64,000 nt of DNA from Tahibacter harae (GCF_024437735.1 NZ_JANFQO010000014.1:1-64000), one strand, 5' to 3'; shown: positions 49,436-59,663, counted from the first letter of the stretch. Program-made: numbers and translations. Notes: generated from the letters alone by a model not told the origin.

Positions 49436-49948
49436 TCAGGTCTGGCTCGGGAAGATGCCCTGCAGGGCGATGCAGAAACTCAGTGTCAGGAACGGCATCA
49501 TGTTCAGATGTGCCTGACTTCCGCCGATGTTGGTGACCGACTGGGGGTGCAGCGTCGTCAGTGCTCCGCCCGGCGCGTTGTAGAGGCTGGACGATACGGT
49601 GGCGAGGATGGTCGAACCCGTCGGCACATTCGTCGTCGCACCAACCGATGTGGACACCATGACATGCGTGTGCTGCGGGGTTTCCGACGCGGTGAGCGTA
49701 TGCGCCTGCTCGCCGCCGCGCTCGCCGAGCGTGAAACCCGTGCCGCCGCCCACGTAGACCGGCACCCGGCCGCGCAGATCGGGTAGCGCGAAATTCACGC
49801 GGCCGTCGCCGCCGTAGGTTGTCCCGAGCAGCGAGAACAGAGCCTGGTTCTGGTTGATGGGCAGCAGTTGCCCGTTGCACAGCGCCCAACCCTTGGGCGC
49901 GAAAACAAAACTGAAAATACGGACTTCGGCTAAGAATGGCTCTGCCAT
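49436..49948 (-). CDS. Phage-tail-collar domain protein (Mdp-like), paralog 1
   Basis: GGGGAGG then ATG at 49946-49948. MAEPFLAEVRIFSFVFAPKGWALCNGQLLPINQNQALFSLLGTTYGGDGRVNFALPDLRGRVP...TPQHTH. Confidence 0.85.
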   Translation of the reverse strand: MAEPFLAEVRIFSFVFAPKGWALCNGQLLPINQNQALFSLLGTTYGGDGRVNFALPDLRGRVPVYVGGGTGFTLGERGGEQAHTLTASETPQHTHVMVSTSVGATTNVPTGSTILATVSSSLYNAPGGALTTLHPQSVTNIGGSQAHLNMMPFLTLSFCIALQGIFPSQT

Positions 49949-50089
49949 GACGCCTCCCCTGGTGATGCGTTGCGTGGTCGGATTGGAACGACTGCGTACA
50001 GGCTGCGCGCCGCGTCCCTGCGGCGCGTTACGTCGGCGCCGGCCTCGCGCGTGCGGAGCCGGCGCCAGATTCTCATTGCGCGCGCTGTA

Positions 50090-53000
50090 TCAGAAGCAAG
50101 GCGCGGTACCGGTGGTATACGAGGTAAACGAGTTCGTCGTCGCCGTCGGCTGGGCGTTGGTGTTCGCACCGTTGAGGTAGTTCACTACGTCCGTGATGGT
50201 GCCCGTGCCGCCAAGATTGCGCAGGCGGAAGTTGGCGAGCGGCGCCGTGCCCGTCTCGGCCGGGTTGATGCGCATGCGCATGTTGCCGGCCGCGACACTG
50301 CCGTCCCAGGTGCCGGCGATGTTGTTGCCCTGGATATCGGCGCACAACTGGCTGGAATCGCCGTCGTCGTTGCCCGACTGCACGAACACGGCGTGGCCGA
50401 CGCGCGTGCCGGCCGGAACCGGCGGATCGGGCGAAAGGAACTGGTTGTTCGTGATCACGACCCCGATGGTGTCGTTCAGCTGGCTGATCACCTCCACGGC
50501 GCGCTGGCGGATGTGCTGGACCGTGTTGTTGGAGATGGTCATGCGCATGTCGCCGCCGGTACCTTCGTTGGTGACCGAGACGCCGTTGCAGCCTGCGCAG
50601 TTGTTGCCGCTGTCGACGGCGGCTCCGCCGATCGTGTTGTTGCTGAACGTGCCCACGAACAGCCCCGTCGCGCCCGTGCCCTTGCGGAAGGTCACCGGTG
50701 TATTGCCCGAGGTTACCGTGCCGCTCACCGTGATGGTGTTGTTCTGCGCGGTGGCGTTCATCGTTGCCGCGTTGTCAGTCAGGAACTGGAGGGCCAGCGA
50801 GTTATCGGTGAACGTGTTCGCCACCGTCGTACCGACGTTGAACGTCATGTTCGCATTGCCGATGCCCTGGGCCGTCAGCGCCGTACCGAAGTTGCGGCGG
50901 AAGGTCGAACCGTTGATCGCGGTCGTCATCTGCGAAGTGCCATGGCCGGCGATCAGCACGCCCTGTGCCGCCGTGGAAGTGTAGATGCCGCGGTCGAAGG
51001 TGGAGTTGGTGATCGCCATGGTCAGCGCGCTGGTCGCATTCGGGTTCTGCACCTCGAACTGGCGGTGGTAGTTGCCCGTGAACGACGAGTTGCTGATGTT
51101 GACCGTGCCGCGCAGGTTGACGAACTGCACGCCATCTTCGAGGTTTTCGTCGCCGACATTCGCCACCGTCACGTCGTCCATGGTCAGGCCGTTGACGTCG
51201 TTGCCGTTGATGCCCATCTGCGTGCCGCCGGAGACATCGACGTTGCTCAGGGCGACGGCGCTGGTGGCCACCATGTGGATGGCGGCGCCGCAATTGGTGT
51301 TGGTGCCGCCGAATGCGTTGCCGCAGGTCGCCGCGCCGTCCTGGTTGGTGCCGTTGCCGGTGAAGCCCATGTTCGACAGGGTCAGGCTCTTCAGGCCGTT
51401 GGTCGACACACCGCGCGCAGTCTTGTTGTTGATCGTGCCGCCGGAGTTGGTGGTCGTGCCCACGCCGGTGATGGTCAGGCCGCCGTTGCCCGCGCCGGTG
51501 CCGGTATTGACCAGCGAAATGCCGTTCGCACCGGTGCCGTTGTTGGTGATGCTGCGGAAGGTCAGGCCGCCGGAACCGATCTGCGTGGTGTTGACGTTGA
51601 GCGAGGTGCCGGTACCGGTGGTGCTGATGGTGTTGACGATCGCGCCCCCCGCCGTGACGGTCAGGGTGCCGCCGCCGGTCGCGTCGATGCCATCGCCGCT
51701 GGCCGAGGTGATGGTCAGGCCGCCGGAGAAGTTCACCGTGCCGCTGGTCTGGTGGCGCACGCCGTCGCCAAGCGTGGTGGTGAGGCCGACGGCACCGCTG
51801 AAGTTCATCGTGCTCGCGCCGTTCGTGCTGAGATCGATCGCGTTGGCCGCGGCCGAACTCAGCGTGATCGCACCCGTGTAGCTCTGCGTGCCGCCGGTGT
51901 TGTTGCTCAGGCGGATGCCGGTGCCGGTGTTGTTCTTGCTGATGGTGCCGGCGTAGGTGAAGGTCGGCGAGGACGAGTCGATGCGGATGGCTTCGTTGGT
52001 CGGGTTGGTGATGGCCGAGCCGGTATTGGAGAAGTTGATCGTGCCGGCCGAATTGGTGGTGATGTCGATGCCGGCGTCGCCGCCGTTCAGGGTCACCACG
52101 CCGCTCGCCGTGAAGTTGCTGTCCACGTTGCTGAGGTTGATGCCGGTGCCGTTGGTGGCGCTCAGCGCTCCGCTCAGCGTGATGTTGCCGCTGGCCTTGT
52201 TCTGCACGTCGATCAGCAGGCCCGCGCTGGTCTTGCTCATGCTGCCGGCATAGGTGACCGCAACCGTGCCGCCGCTGACGTTGAAGCTGGTGCCGGTGGC
52301 GCCGGACAGCGCGCCCGTGCCCAGGTCGACCGTGCCGTTGACCGTGGTCAGCGAGACATTGTTGGCGCCGCCGCTTGAACTCAGCGCAGCCACGATGGAA
52401 CCGGCGGCGAAGGTGCCGTTGGTGAGGTTCAGCGCCTGGCCGTTGGTGTTGATGCGCACGTCGTCGTACACGGTCAGCGTGCCGAAGCCGGTGCCGGCGA
52501 TGGCTCCGCCGGTGACGTTGCCGATCTGCACGCCGCGCACCGTGTTGTTGCTGCCCAGGGTGATGCCGTTGCCGGCGGCATTGGTAATGACGGGCGGCGT
52601 CTGGTCGACCAGCGGACGCGCAATCGAATAGCTCGGCGGCGTGATGCCCAGTTCGGCGTCGAAGTCGTTCACCGTGGCCGCATCCAGGCCGTGGCCGGCC
52701 AGCTCCACGCCGTTGGCCAGCGTGATGCCGGTGGTGTAGTTGCCCGAGAACACGAAGATCTTGTCGCCGCTGCTGGTCGCCACGGTCGCCGCCGCGCTCA
52801 GCGTCTGCAGCGGCTGCAGCAGCGTGCCGTCGCGCGTGCCGATCACGACCGCATCGTCATCGACGAAGAAGATGCGCGGGCCGCTCACGGTCAGGCTGAC
52901 GGTGATGTTCGCGCTGCAGGCCACCGGCGAGCCGTCGTCGCAGATGGTGTACTGGAAGGTGTCGGTGCCGGTGAAGCCGGACGGCGGGTTGTAGGTGTAC

Positions 53001-56000
53001 GCGCCGTTGGCGCTGATCGCCACGTCGCCGCCGTTGACCGACACCGTCGGCGAGGTGCCGATGGTGAAGTTGCTGCTGTCCGGATCGGTGATGTTGGCCA
53101 GTACCAGCAGATCGCCGGCGGCGCCGTCGTTGATGCCGACGGCGATGTTGGTGTGCACCGGCAGCGCGGCCGGAGCGACCACGACCGGCGGATCGTTGAC
53201 GCAGGTAACCGTCACCGACACGGTTGCCGTCGGCGTCGCGCCTGCCGGGTTCAGCGTGTAGGTGAACGTGTCCGGCGTGCCGCCGATCTGCGTGTTGCAG
53301 TAGTTCGGATTGGGCTGGTAGGTCAGGCCCGTGCCGCCGCCGGTGATGACGACGGTGCCGTTCGCCGGCTGCGTGACCGAGGCAACCGCCTTCGGTCCGC
53401 CGTCGACGTCGGTGTCGTTCGCCAGCACGGGAATGGCCGTCGCCGCCGCGTCTTCGAGCATCGTCGCCGTGTCATTCACCGCGACCGGCGCATCGTCGAC
53501 GCAGGTCACCGACACGGTGACCGTCGCGGTCGGCGTGGGGCCGGCCGGGTTCAAGGTGTAGGTGAACGTGTCCAGCGTCGTGCCCGGCGGCGTGTTGCAG
53601 TAGTTCGGGTTGGGCTGGTAGCTCAGGCCCGTGCCGCCGCCGGTGATGACGACAGTGCCGTTGGCCGGCTGGGTCACGGACGCGACCGCGAGCGGCGAGC
53701 CGTCCGGGTTGGAGTCGTTGGCCAGCACGTCGATCGGCGTCGCGGCGGCATCTTCGGCAACTGTCGCGGCATCGGCCACCGCGACCGGCGGATCGACGAC
53801 GCAGGTGACCGCGACGGACACCGTTGCGCTGCTGCCGCCCGGCGTCAGCGTATAGGTGAACGTGTCGGGCGTGCCCGGTGTCGGCGCGTTGCAATAGTTC
53901 GCGTTCGGCTGATAGGTCAGGCCGCTGCCGCCGCCGGTGATGGCGACGACACCGTTGGCCGGCTGGGTGATGGCCGTGATGGTGATGGGACCGCCATCCG
54001 GATCGGTGTCGTTGACCAGCACCGGGATCGCCGTGGCCGGATCGTCCTCGGTGATGGTCGCCGAATCGTTGACCGCGGTCGGCGCGTCGTCCACGCAGGT
54101 CACGGTCATGAGCACCGTCGCGGTCGAGCCGCCCGGGGCCAGGGTGTAGGTGAACGTGTCCGGCGTCGTGCCCGGAGGCGCGTTGCAGTAGTTCGGGTTG
54201 GGCTGGTAGGTCAGGCCCGTGCCGCCGCCGGTGATGACGACGCTGCCGTTGAGCGGCTGGGTGACCGAGGCGACCGAGATCGGGCCGGCATCGATATCGG
54301 TGTCGTTGGCCAGCACGTTGACCGCGGTCGCGGCCGCGTCTTCGGTCACGGTGGCGGCGTCGTTGACGGCGGCCGGCGGATCGTCGTCCGCGTTGATGGT
54401 GATGGTCAGGGTGGCCGGCGCGCTGGTGTCGGCGCCGCTGTTGGCGGTGCCGCCGTTGTCCTGCAGCGTGACCGTGAAGACCGCGGTACCGCTCGCGTTC
54501 GCGGCCGGAGTGAAATTCAGCTGGCCCGCGACCGAGACCGTCGGCAGCGACGAGAACAGCGGGCCGCCGCTCACGACGGCGACGTTGAAGCCGAAGGACT
54601 GGCCGGATTCATCGGCCGGGCCGGAGGAAATCGCCGTGGCCCAGGCGATGCTGGCCGGGCCGGAGTCTTCGTTGACCACCGGGTCGGCGCCCGCGGTGAA
54701 GCTGGGCGCGTCATTGACCGCAGTGACGTTGATGGTGAAGTTCTGCGGCGCCGAGGTGTCGTTGCCGCCGCTGCCCGTGCCGCCATTGTCCTGCGCGATC
54801 ACGGTGATCGTGGCCGAGCCGTTGGCGTTGGCCGCCGGCGTATAGGTCAGCGTGCCGTCGCCGGCAATGGCCGGGCCGGCGCTGAACAGGGCGGGATTGC
54901 TGTTGCCGGTAACGGTGAAGCTGACCGTCTGGCTGCCGTCGTCGCCGTCGGCGATGCCAGTGACGAAGCCGGCCGCGGTCTGCGCGCCGGCGTCTTCCAG
55001 CACGGTCTGCGCGCCGCCGACGGTGAACACCGGCGGATCGTTGACGTTGTTGACGGTGATGGTGAAGGTCTGCGCCGCGGAGGTGTCCTGGCCGCTGTTG
55101 GCGGTGCCGCCGTTGTCCTGCAGGGTGGAGCTGACCGTGGCCGTGCCGAAGGTGCCGTTCTGCGCGGTGAAGGTCAGCGTGCCGTTCGGCGCCACGGCCG
55201 GGGCCGCGCTGAAGGCCAGGCTGCCGGTGGTCGCGGTCACCGCGGTGGTGAAGCTCAGGGTCTGGCCGGCTTCGTCGGCCGGACCGGCCGAGATCGCCGT
55301 GTGGAAATTGGCAAAGGTCTGCGGGCCGGCGCTTTCCAGCGCACTGGCGGCAGTGCCGCCGGTGAAGCTGGGCGCATCGTTGACCGCAGTGACATTGATG
55401 GTGAAGTTCTGCGGCGCCGAGGTGTCGTTGCCGCCGTTGCCGGTGCCGCCGTTGTCCTGCGCGATCACGGTGATCGTGGCCGAGCCGTTGGCGTTGGCCG
55501 CCGGCGTATAGGTCAGCGTGCCGTCGCCGGCGATGGCCGGGCCGGCGCTGAACAGGGCGGGATTGCTGTTGCCGGTAACGGTGAAGCTAACCGTCTGGCT
55601 GCCGTCGTCGCCGTCGGCGATGCCGGTGACGAAGCCGGCCGCGGTCTGCGCGCCGGCGTCTTCCAGCACGGTCTGCGCGCCGCCGACGGTGAACACCGGC
55701 GGATCGTTGACGTTGTTGACGGTGATGGTGAAGGTCTGCGCCGCGGAGGTGTCCTGGCCGCTGTTGGCGGTGCCGCCGTTGTCCTGCAGGGTGGAGCTGA
55801 CCGTGGCCGTGCCGAAGGTGCCGTTCTGCGCGGTGAAGGTCAGCGTGCCGTTCGGCGCCACGGCCGGGGCCGCGCTGAAGGCCAGGCTGCCGGTGGTCGC
55901 GGTCACCGTGGTGGTGAAGCTCAGGGTCTGGCCGGCTTCGTCGGCCGGACCGGCCGAGATCGCCGTGTGGAAATTGGCAAAGGTCTGCGGGCCGGCGCTT

Positions 56001-58432
56001 TCCAGCACCGAGGCCGAGGTGCCGCCGCTGAAGCTCGGCGCATCGTTGACCGCGGTGACGGTGATGGTGAAGGTCTGCGTGGCCGAGGCGTCGATGCCGC
56101 CGTTGCCGGTGCCGCCGTTGTCATGCAGCAGCAGCGTGATGGTCGCCGTGCCGTTGGCGTTGGGCGCCGCGGTATAGCTCAGCGCGCCGGTCGGCGAGAC
56201 CGCGGGTGCGGTGGCGAACAGGGCCGGGTTGCTGTTGGCGGTGACCTGGAAATCCAGGGCCTGGGTGTTGCCGTCGCCGTCGCTGATCGCGGTGGCCCAG
56301 GGATTGACCGTCTGCGGGCCGGCATCTTCGAGCGAGGTCTGGTTGGGACCGACGGTGAAGCTGGGCGCGTGATTGATGCCCTGCACCGTGATGGTGAAGG
56401 TCTGCGTGGCCGAGGTGTCGGCGCCGCCGTTGGCGACACCGCCGTTGTCGGCCAGCTGCAAGGTGATCGTGGCCGTGCCGCTGACGCCGGCGGCCGGGGT
56501 ATAGGTCAGTGCACCAGTCGGCGAGATCGCCGGCGCGGCGCTGAACAGCGCGGGATTGGTGTTATTGGTGACGGCGAAGGCGAGCGTCTGCGCGGCTTCG
56601 TCGGCCGGGCCGGGCGAGATCGCCGTGGCCCAGGGGTTCACGCTCTGCGCGCTGGCATTCTCGAACACGGTCTGGTTGGGACCGACGGTGAAGGACGGCG
56701 CATCGTTGACCGCCGTCACCGTGATGGTGAAGGTCTGCGGCGCCGAGGTATCGGAGCCGCCGAAGGCGGTGCCGCCGTTGTCGTGCAGCACTACGCTGAT
56801 GCTGGCCGTGCCGTTGGCGTTCGGCGCAGCGGTATAGGTCAGCACGCCGGTGGGCGAGACTGCCGGCGCGGTCGCGAACAGGGCCGGGTTGGTGTTGCCG
56901 GTGATCTGGAAATCGACGACCTGGGTGTTGCCGTCGCCGTCGCTGATCGCGCTGGCCCAGGCGTTGACCGTCTGCGCGCCGGCGTCCTCGAGCGAGGTCT
57001 GGTTCGCGCCGGCGGTGAAGCTGGGCGCGTGGTTGATCGCGTTGACGTTGATGACGAAGGTCTGCGCGGCCGAAGTGTCGATGCCGCCATTGGCGGTGCC
57101 GCCGTTGTCCTGGGCGACCACGCTGACGGTGGCGATGCCCGAGGTGCCGTTGGTCGCGGTGAAGGTCAGCGTGCCGTTGGCGGCGACCGCGGGCGCGGCG
57201 GCGAAGGTCAGGTTGCCGGTGGTGCTGACGACGCTGGCGGTGAAGGCCACGGTCTGCGCGGCCTCGTCGGCCGGACCGGCGCTGATCGCGGTGGCCCAGG
57301 CGTTGACGGTCTGCGCGCCGGCGTTCTCCGGCACGGCCTGGTCGGCGCCGGCGGTGAAAGACGGCGGATCGTTGACCGGCGTGACCGTGATCGCGGCGGT
57401 GGCCGGCGCCGAGGCGCCCTGGCCGTCGCTGCCGGTGAAGGTGAAGGAATCCGCACCGTTGAGGTTGGCGGTCGGCGTATAGACCACGGTCGCCGTGGTC
57501 GCATTGACCGGCGTGATCGCGCCCAGGGTGCCGCGGGCCGGCGGAGTGGCGATGGCGAAGGTGATCGGATCGCCTTCGACGTCGGTGCCGGTGAGGGTCA
57601 GGGTAACCGGGGTTTCTTCCAGCGTGGTCACCGCCGGCGTGCTCACGACGGGCGGGTTGTTCTGCAGGTCGCGCACGTCGATGCGCAGGAAGACGCGGCC
57701 GTTCTCGATCGCGCCGAACAGGTTGACCATGTCGATCGCGCTTTCGCCGCTGGTGGCGTCGCCGGCCGGGTCGCCGGCCAGCGGCGGCGTGCCGCTCCAG
57801 TCGCCGACCTGGCCGTCGGCGGCGAAATTCGCCGCGATGGCGATGCCGCAGGCAACGAAGAACAGCGACAGCGCGCGCCAGGCCGCGGTGCGGCGGGCGC
57901 GCCGCGCGCCGTAGAAGGCGATCAGCCCCAGCAGCACGAACAGCAGCGGCCAGGACAGGAAAGGCACCGGCATGGCCGGCAGGCCGAGGATGATCGGGCC
58001 GCCGCCGGCGGCGGCGTTGAGTTCGTCGGTGCCGCTGGCGCTCTGGGCGACCACCGCCAGGCGCAGACCGCGGCTGTTGCCCAGCTGCAGCGAGGCCATG
58101 GCGTCGGCCAGTTCGACCACGTCCGCGCCGCTGGTGCCGTTGTTCAGGCCTACCGGATAGCCGCCGCCGACGGCGGTGCCCGGACCGAACGTGCTGCCGG
58201 ACTGGCAGGGCGCCCGGCGCACCGCGACCACCTGGGGAGCGGTGCCGCCGGTGACATCGACTTCCAGGCGGGAATCCGCACCGGCGATGGCCGGCACGGT
58301 GCAGCCGGTGCCCGGGTTGAGATCCCCGTCTACATAGATGTGGTAGGAGTAGGTCTGTGCGCTGGCCGCGTTTACCGCGCACAACGCCAGAAGGAATACG
58401 ACGACCGCCCAGGCCGCTTTCCGGATACGCAT
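50090..58432 (-). CDS. Giant secreted repeat-rich adhesin-like protein (~2780 aa): N-terminal region, >10 tandem ~105-aa Ig/cadherin-like (VCBS-type) domains, ~5 Ig-like group domains, C-terminal right-handed parallel beta-helix
   Basis: ATG at 58430-58432 (MRIRKAAWAVVVFLLALCAVNAASAQ signal peptide); the 43-aa upstream extension in the ORF track is rejected. Repeats of the form VNDAPSFT...TFTITV and VNDSATITEDDPATAIPVLVNDTDPDGGP. Pectate-lyase-like beta-helix repeats (ISNNTVQHIRQRAVEV..., GNVTGGAIAGTG...). Ends ...GTAPCF. Confidence 0.9.
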   Translation of the reverse strand: MRIRKAAWAVVVFLLALCAVNAASAQTYSYHIYVDGDLNPGTGCTVPAIAGADSRLEVDVTGGTAPQVVAVRRAPCQSGSTFGPGTAVGGGYPVGLNNGTSGADVVELADAMASLQLGNSRGLRLAVVAQSASGTDELNAAAGGGPIILGLPAMPVPFLSWPLLFVLLGLIAFYGARRARRTAAWRALSLFFVACGIAIAANFAADGQVGDWSGTPPLAGDPAGDATSGESAIDMVNLFGAIENGRVFLRIDVRDLQNNPPVVSTPAVTTLEETPVTLTLTGTDVEGDPITFAIATPPARGTLGAITPVNATTATVVYTPTANLNGADSFTFTGSDGQGASAPATAAITVTPVNDPPSFTAGADQAVPENAGAQTVNAWATAISAGPADEAAQTVAFTASVVSTTGNLTFAAAPAVAANGTLTFTATNGTSGIATVSVVAQDNGGTANGGIDTSAAQTFVINVNAINHAPSFTAGANQTSLEDAGAQTVNAWASAISDGDGNTQVVDFQITGNTNPALFATAPAVSPTGVLTYTAAPNANGTASISVVLHDNGGTAFGGSDTSAPQTFTITVTAVNDAPSFTVGPNQTVFENASAQSVNPWATAISPGPADEAAQTLAFAVTNNTNPALFSAAPAISPTGALTYTPAAGVSGTATITLQLADNGGVANGGADTSATQTFTITVQGINHAPSFTVGPNQTSLEDAGPQTVNPWATAISDGDGNTQALDFQVTANSNPALFATAPAVSPTGALSYTAAPNANGTATITLLLHDNGGTGNGGIDASATQTFTITVTAVNDAPSFSGGTSASVLESAGPQTFANFHTAISAGPADEAGQTLSFTTTVTATTGSLAFSAAPAVAPNGTLTFTAQNGTFGTATVSSTLQDNGGTANSGQDTSAAQTFTITVNNVNDPPVFTVGGAQTVLEDAGAQTAAGFVTGIADGDDGSQTVSFTVTGNSNPALFSAGPAIAGDGTLTYTPAANANGSATITVIAQDNGGTGNGGNDTSAPQNFTINVTAVNDAPSFTGGTAASALESAGPQTFANFHTAISAGPADEAGQTLSFTTAVTATTGSLAFSAAPAVAPNGTLTFTAQNGTFGTATVSSTLQDNGGTANSGQDTSAAQTFTITVNNVNDPPVFTVGGAQTVLEDAGAQTAAGFVTGIADGDDGSQTVSFTVTGNSNPALFSAGPAIAGDGTLTYTPAANANGSATITVIAQDNGGTGSGGNDTSAPQNFTINVTAVNDAPSFTAGADPVVNEDSGPASIAWATAISSGPADESGQSFGFNVAVVSGGPLFSSLPTVSVAGQLNFTPAANASGTAVFTVTLQDNGGTANSGADTSAPATLTITINADDDPPAAVNDAATVTEDAAATAVNVLANDTDIDAGPISVASVTQPLNGSVVITGGGTGLTYQPNPNYCNAPPGTTPDTFTYTLAPGGSTATVLMTVTCVDDAPTAVNDSATITEDDPATAIPVLVNDTDPDGGPITITAITQPANGVVAITGGGSGLTYQPNANYCNAPTPGTPDTFTYTLTPGGSSATVSVAVTCVVDPPVAVADAATVAEDAAATPIDVLANDSNPDGSPLAVASVTQPANGTVVITGGGTGLSYQPNPNYCNTPPGTTLDTFTYTLNPAGPTPTATVTVSVTCVDDAPVAVNDTATMLEDAAATAIPVLANDTDVDGGPKAVASVTQPANGTVVITGGGTGLTYQPNPNYCNTQIGGTPDTFTYTLNPAGATPTATVSVTVTCVNDPPVVVAPAALPVHTNIAVGINDGAAGDLLVLANITDPDSSNFTIGTSPTVSVNGGDVAISANGAYTYNPPSGFTGTDTFQYTICDDGSPVACSANITVSLTVSGPRIFFVDDDAVVIGTRDGTLLQPLQTLSAAATVATSSGDKIFVFSGNYTTGITLANGVELAGHGLDAATVNDFDAELGITPPSYSIARPLVDQTPPVITNAAGNGITLGSNNTVRGVQIGNVTGGAIAGTGFGTLTVYDDVRINTNGQALNLTNGTFAAGSIVAALSSSGGANNVSLTTVNGTVDLGTGALSGATGTSFNVSGGTVAVTYAGSMSKTSAGLLIDVQNKASGNITLSGALSATNGTGINLSNVDSNFTASGVVTLNGGDAGIDITTNSAGTINFSNTGSAITNPTNEAIRIDSSSPTFTYAGTISKNNTGTGIRLSNNTGGTQSYTGAITLSSAAANAIDLSTNGASTMNFSGAVGLTTTLGDGVRHQTSGTVNFSGGLTITSASGDGIDATGGGTLTVTAGGAIVNTISTTGTGTSLNVNTTQIGSGGLTFRSITNNGTGANGISLVNTGTGAGNGGLTITGVGTTTNSGGTINNKTARGVSTNGLKSLTLSNMGFTGNGTNQDGAATCGNAFGGTNTNCGAAIHMVATSAVALSNVDVSGGTQMGINGNDVNGLTMDDVTVANVGDENLEDGVQFVNLRGTVNISNSSFTGNYHRQFEVQNPNATSALTMAITNSTFDRGIYTSTAAQGVLIAGHGTSQMTTAINGSTFRRNFGTALTAQGIGNANMTFNVGTTVANTFTDNSLALQFLTDNAATMNATAQNNTITVSGTVTSGNTPVTFRKGTGATGLFVGTFSNNTIGGAAVDSGNNCAGCNGVSVTNEGTGGDMRMTISNNTVQHIRQRAVEVISQLNDTIGVVITNNQFLSPDPPVPAGTRVGHAVFVQSGNDDGDSSQLCADIQGNNIAGTWDGSVAAGNMRMRINPAETGTAPLANFRLRNLGGTGTITDVVNYLNGANTNAQPTATTNSFTSYTTGTAPCF
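54690..56030. repeat. Two near-identical 666-bp tandem direct repeats inside the adhesin gene (each encoding two ~111-aa domains)
   Basis: Plus-strand frame ORFs 54852..55511 and 55518..56177 translate identically for ~165 of 219 residues, offset by exactly 666 bp. The 54219..54845 ORF shares the same tail. The repeat boundaries given are approximate. Confidence 0.8.
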
Positions 58433-58739
58433 AAACCCATCCCCTTGCAAACTGATTGCGGGCGGCCGTTGCACGCCCGACTTCCCTTGCCGACCAACGG
58501 GTTGCTGCTTGCCGGCGGCGCACTCCCCACGCCTGCCGGATTCCCCCTCATTGGCCCGCAAATCACTGTGTTGCGCTCTATGCTAAACCAAGGACGTGAA
58601 CATTTGTCTCGTTTGTGAGAAGTTTCTCCAAACGCCACGGCCGTTTAGCTTCGTGAAACCGCTCCATCCGGCTATGCGCTAGGCAAAGCCGGCCCTCGCC
58701 GCTAGGCTCTCGGGATTTCGCCCGCCCGGAATCCTCGCC

Positions 58740-59663
58740 ATGGCCATGCAATACCCCGAATTCATCTGGCAGAACGGTCGTATCAAGCCCTGGGCCGAAG
58801 CGACCACCCACGTCATGTCGCACGCCCTGCACTACGGCTCGTCGGTGTTTGAAGGCATACGCTGCTACGACACGCCTTCCGGGCCGCAGATCTTCCGCCT
58901 CACCGACCACAACAGGCGCCTGTTCCAGTCGGCCAAGATCTACGACATGGCCATGCCGTACACCCTGGCCGAGATCAACGCCGCCTGCCGCGAAGTGATC
59001 AGGGCCAACAAACTGCGCAAAGCGTACTTGCGCCCCCTCGCCTATCGCGGCCTGGGCGGATTCGGCCTTTCGGCGGAAACCCCGACCGACGTGACCGTGG
59101 CGAGCTGGGAAATGGGCCCTTACCTGGGACCGGATGTGCTGGAACGCGGCATCGACGCCTGCGTATCGAGCTGGCAGCGCTTCGCACCCAACACCATCCC
59201 GGCCGGCGCCAAGGCCGGCGGCAACTATCTGTCGGGCCAGCTGATCGCGCGCGAGGCGCGCCGCCTGGGCTTCGGCGAAGGCATTGCGCTGGCGTCCACG
59301 GGACTGCTCAGCGAAGGCGCCGGCGAGAACCTGTTCCTGGTGTTCGACGGCGCGCTGCATACCACGCCGGTGGCCAGCGCCATCCTCAATGGCATCACCC
59401 GCCATTCGGTGATTACGCTGGCGCGCGACAACGGCATCGCCGTGGTCGAGCGCGACCTGCCGCGCGAATACCTGTACCTGTGCGACGAGCTGTTTATGGT
59501 CGGCACGGCGGCGGAAATCACGCCGATCCGCTCGGTCGACGGCAAGCCGGTGGGCGACGGCAAGCCCGGCGCCCTGACCGGCCGCATCCAGGAACTGTTC
59601 TTCGGCCTGTTCCAGGGCAAGACGCCCGACAAGTACGGCTGGCTGGAGCCGCTGGACGCCTGA
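58740..59663 (+). CDS. ilvE: Branched-chain amino acid aminotransferase
   Basis: Collinear with E. coli IlvE (YIWFNG-like FIWQNG, HVMSHALHYGSSVFEGIRCY, GAKAGGNYLSS, EGAGENLF, VDGKPVGDGKPG, WGWL-like YGWLEPL). Start at 58740, or 58746. Confidence 0.9.
   Translation: MAMQYPEFIWQNGRIKPWAEATTHVMSHALHYGSSVFEGIRCYDTPSGPQIFRLTDHNRRLFQSAKIYDMAMPYTLAEINAACREVIRANKLRKAYLRPLAYRGLGGFGLSAETPTDVTVASWEMGPYLGPDVLERGIDACVSSWQRFAPNTIPAGAKAGGNYLSGQLIAREARRLGFGEGIALASTGLLSEGAGENLFLVFDGALHTTPVASAILNGITRHSVITLARDNGIAVVERDLPREYLYLCDELFMVGTAAEITPIRSVDGKPVGDGKPGALTGRIQELFFGLFQGKTPDKYGWLEPLDA

Noticed and set aside
48385-49948. Tail-collar genes as evidence of a prophage
   Set aside because: No terminase, capsid, portal, baseplate, lysis or integrase genes within about 15 kb either side. 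The neighbours are an adhesin, a GNAT and metabolic genes.
58433-58561. 43-codon upstream extension of the adhesin ORF
   Set aside because: The extension is Arg/Gly-rich. The internal ATG at 58432 is followed immediately by a canonical signal peptide.
52691-58618. 1975-aa plus-strand ORF and many other 100-270-aa plus-strand ORFs across 50.1-58.6 kb
   Set aside because: All are antisense to or out of frame with the giant adhesin gene. Gly/Arg/Asp-rich repetitive junk mirroring the sense-strand repeats.
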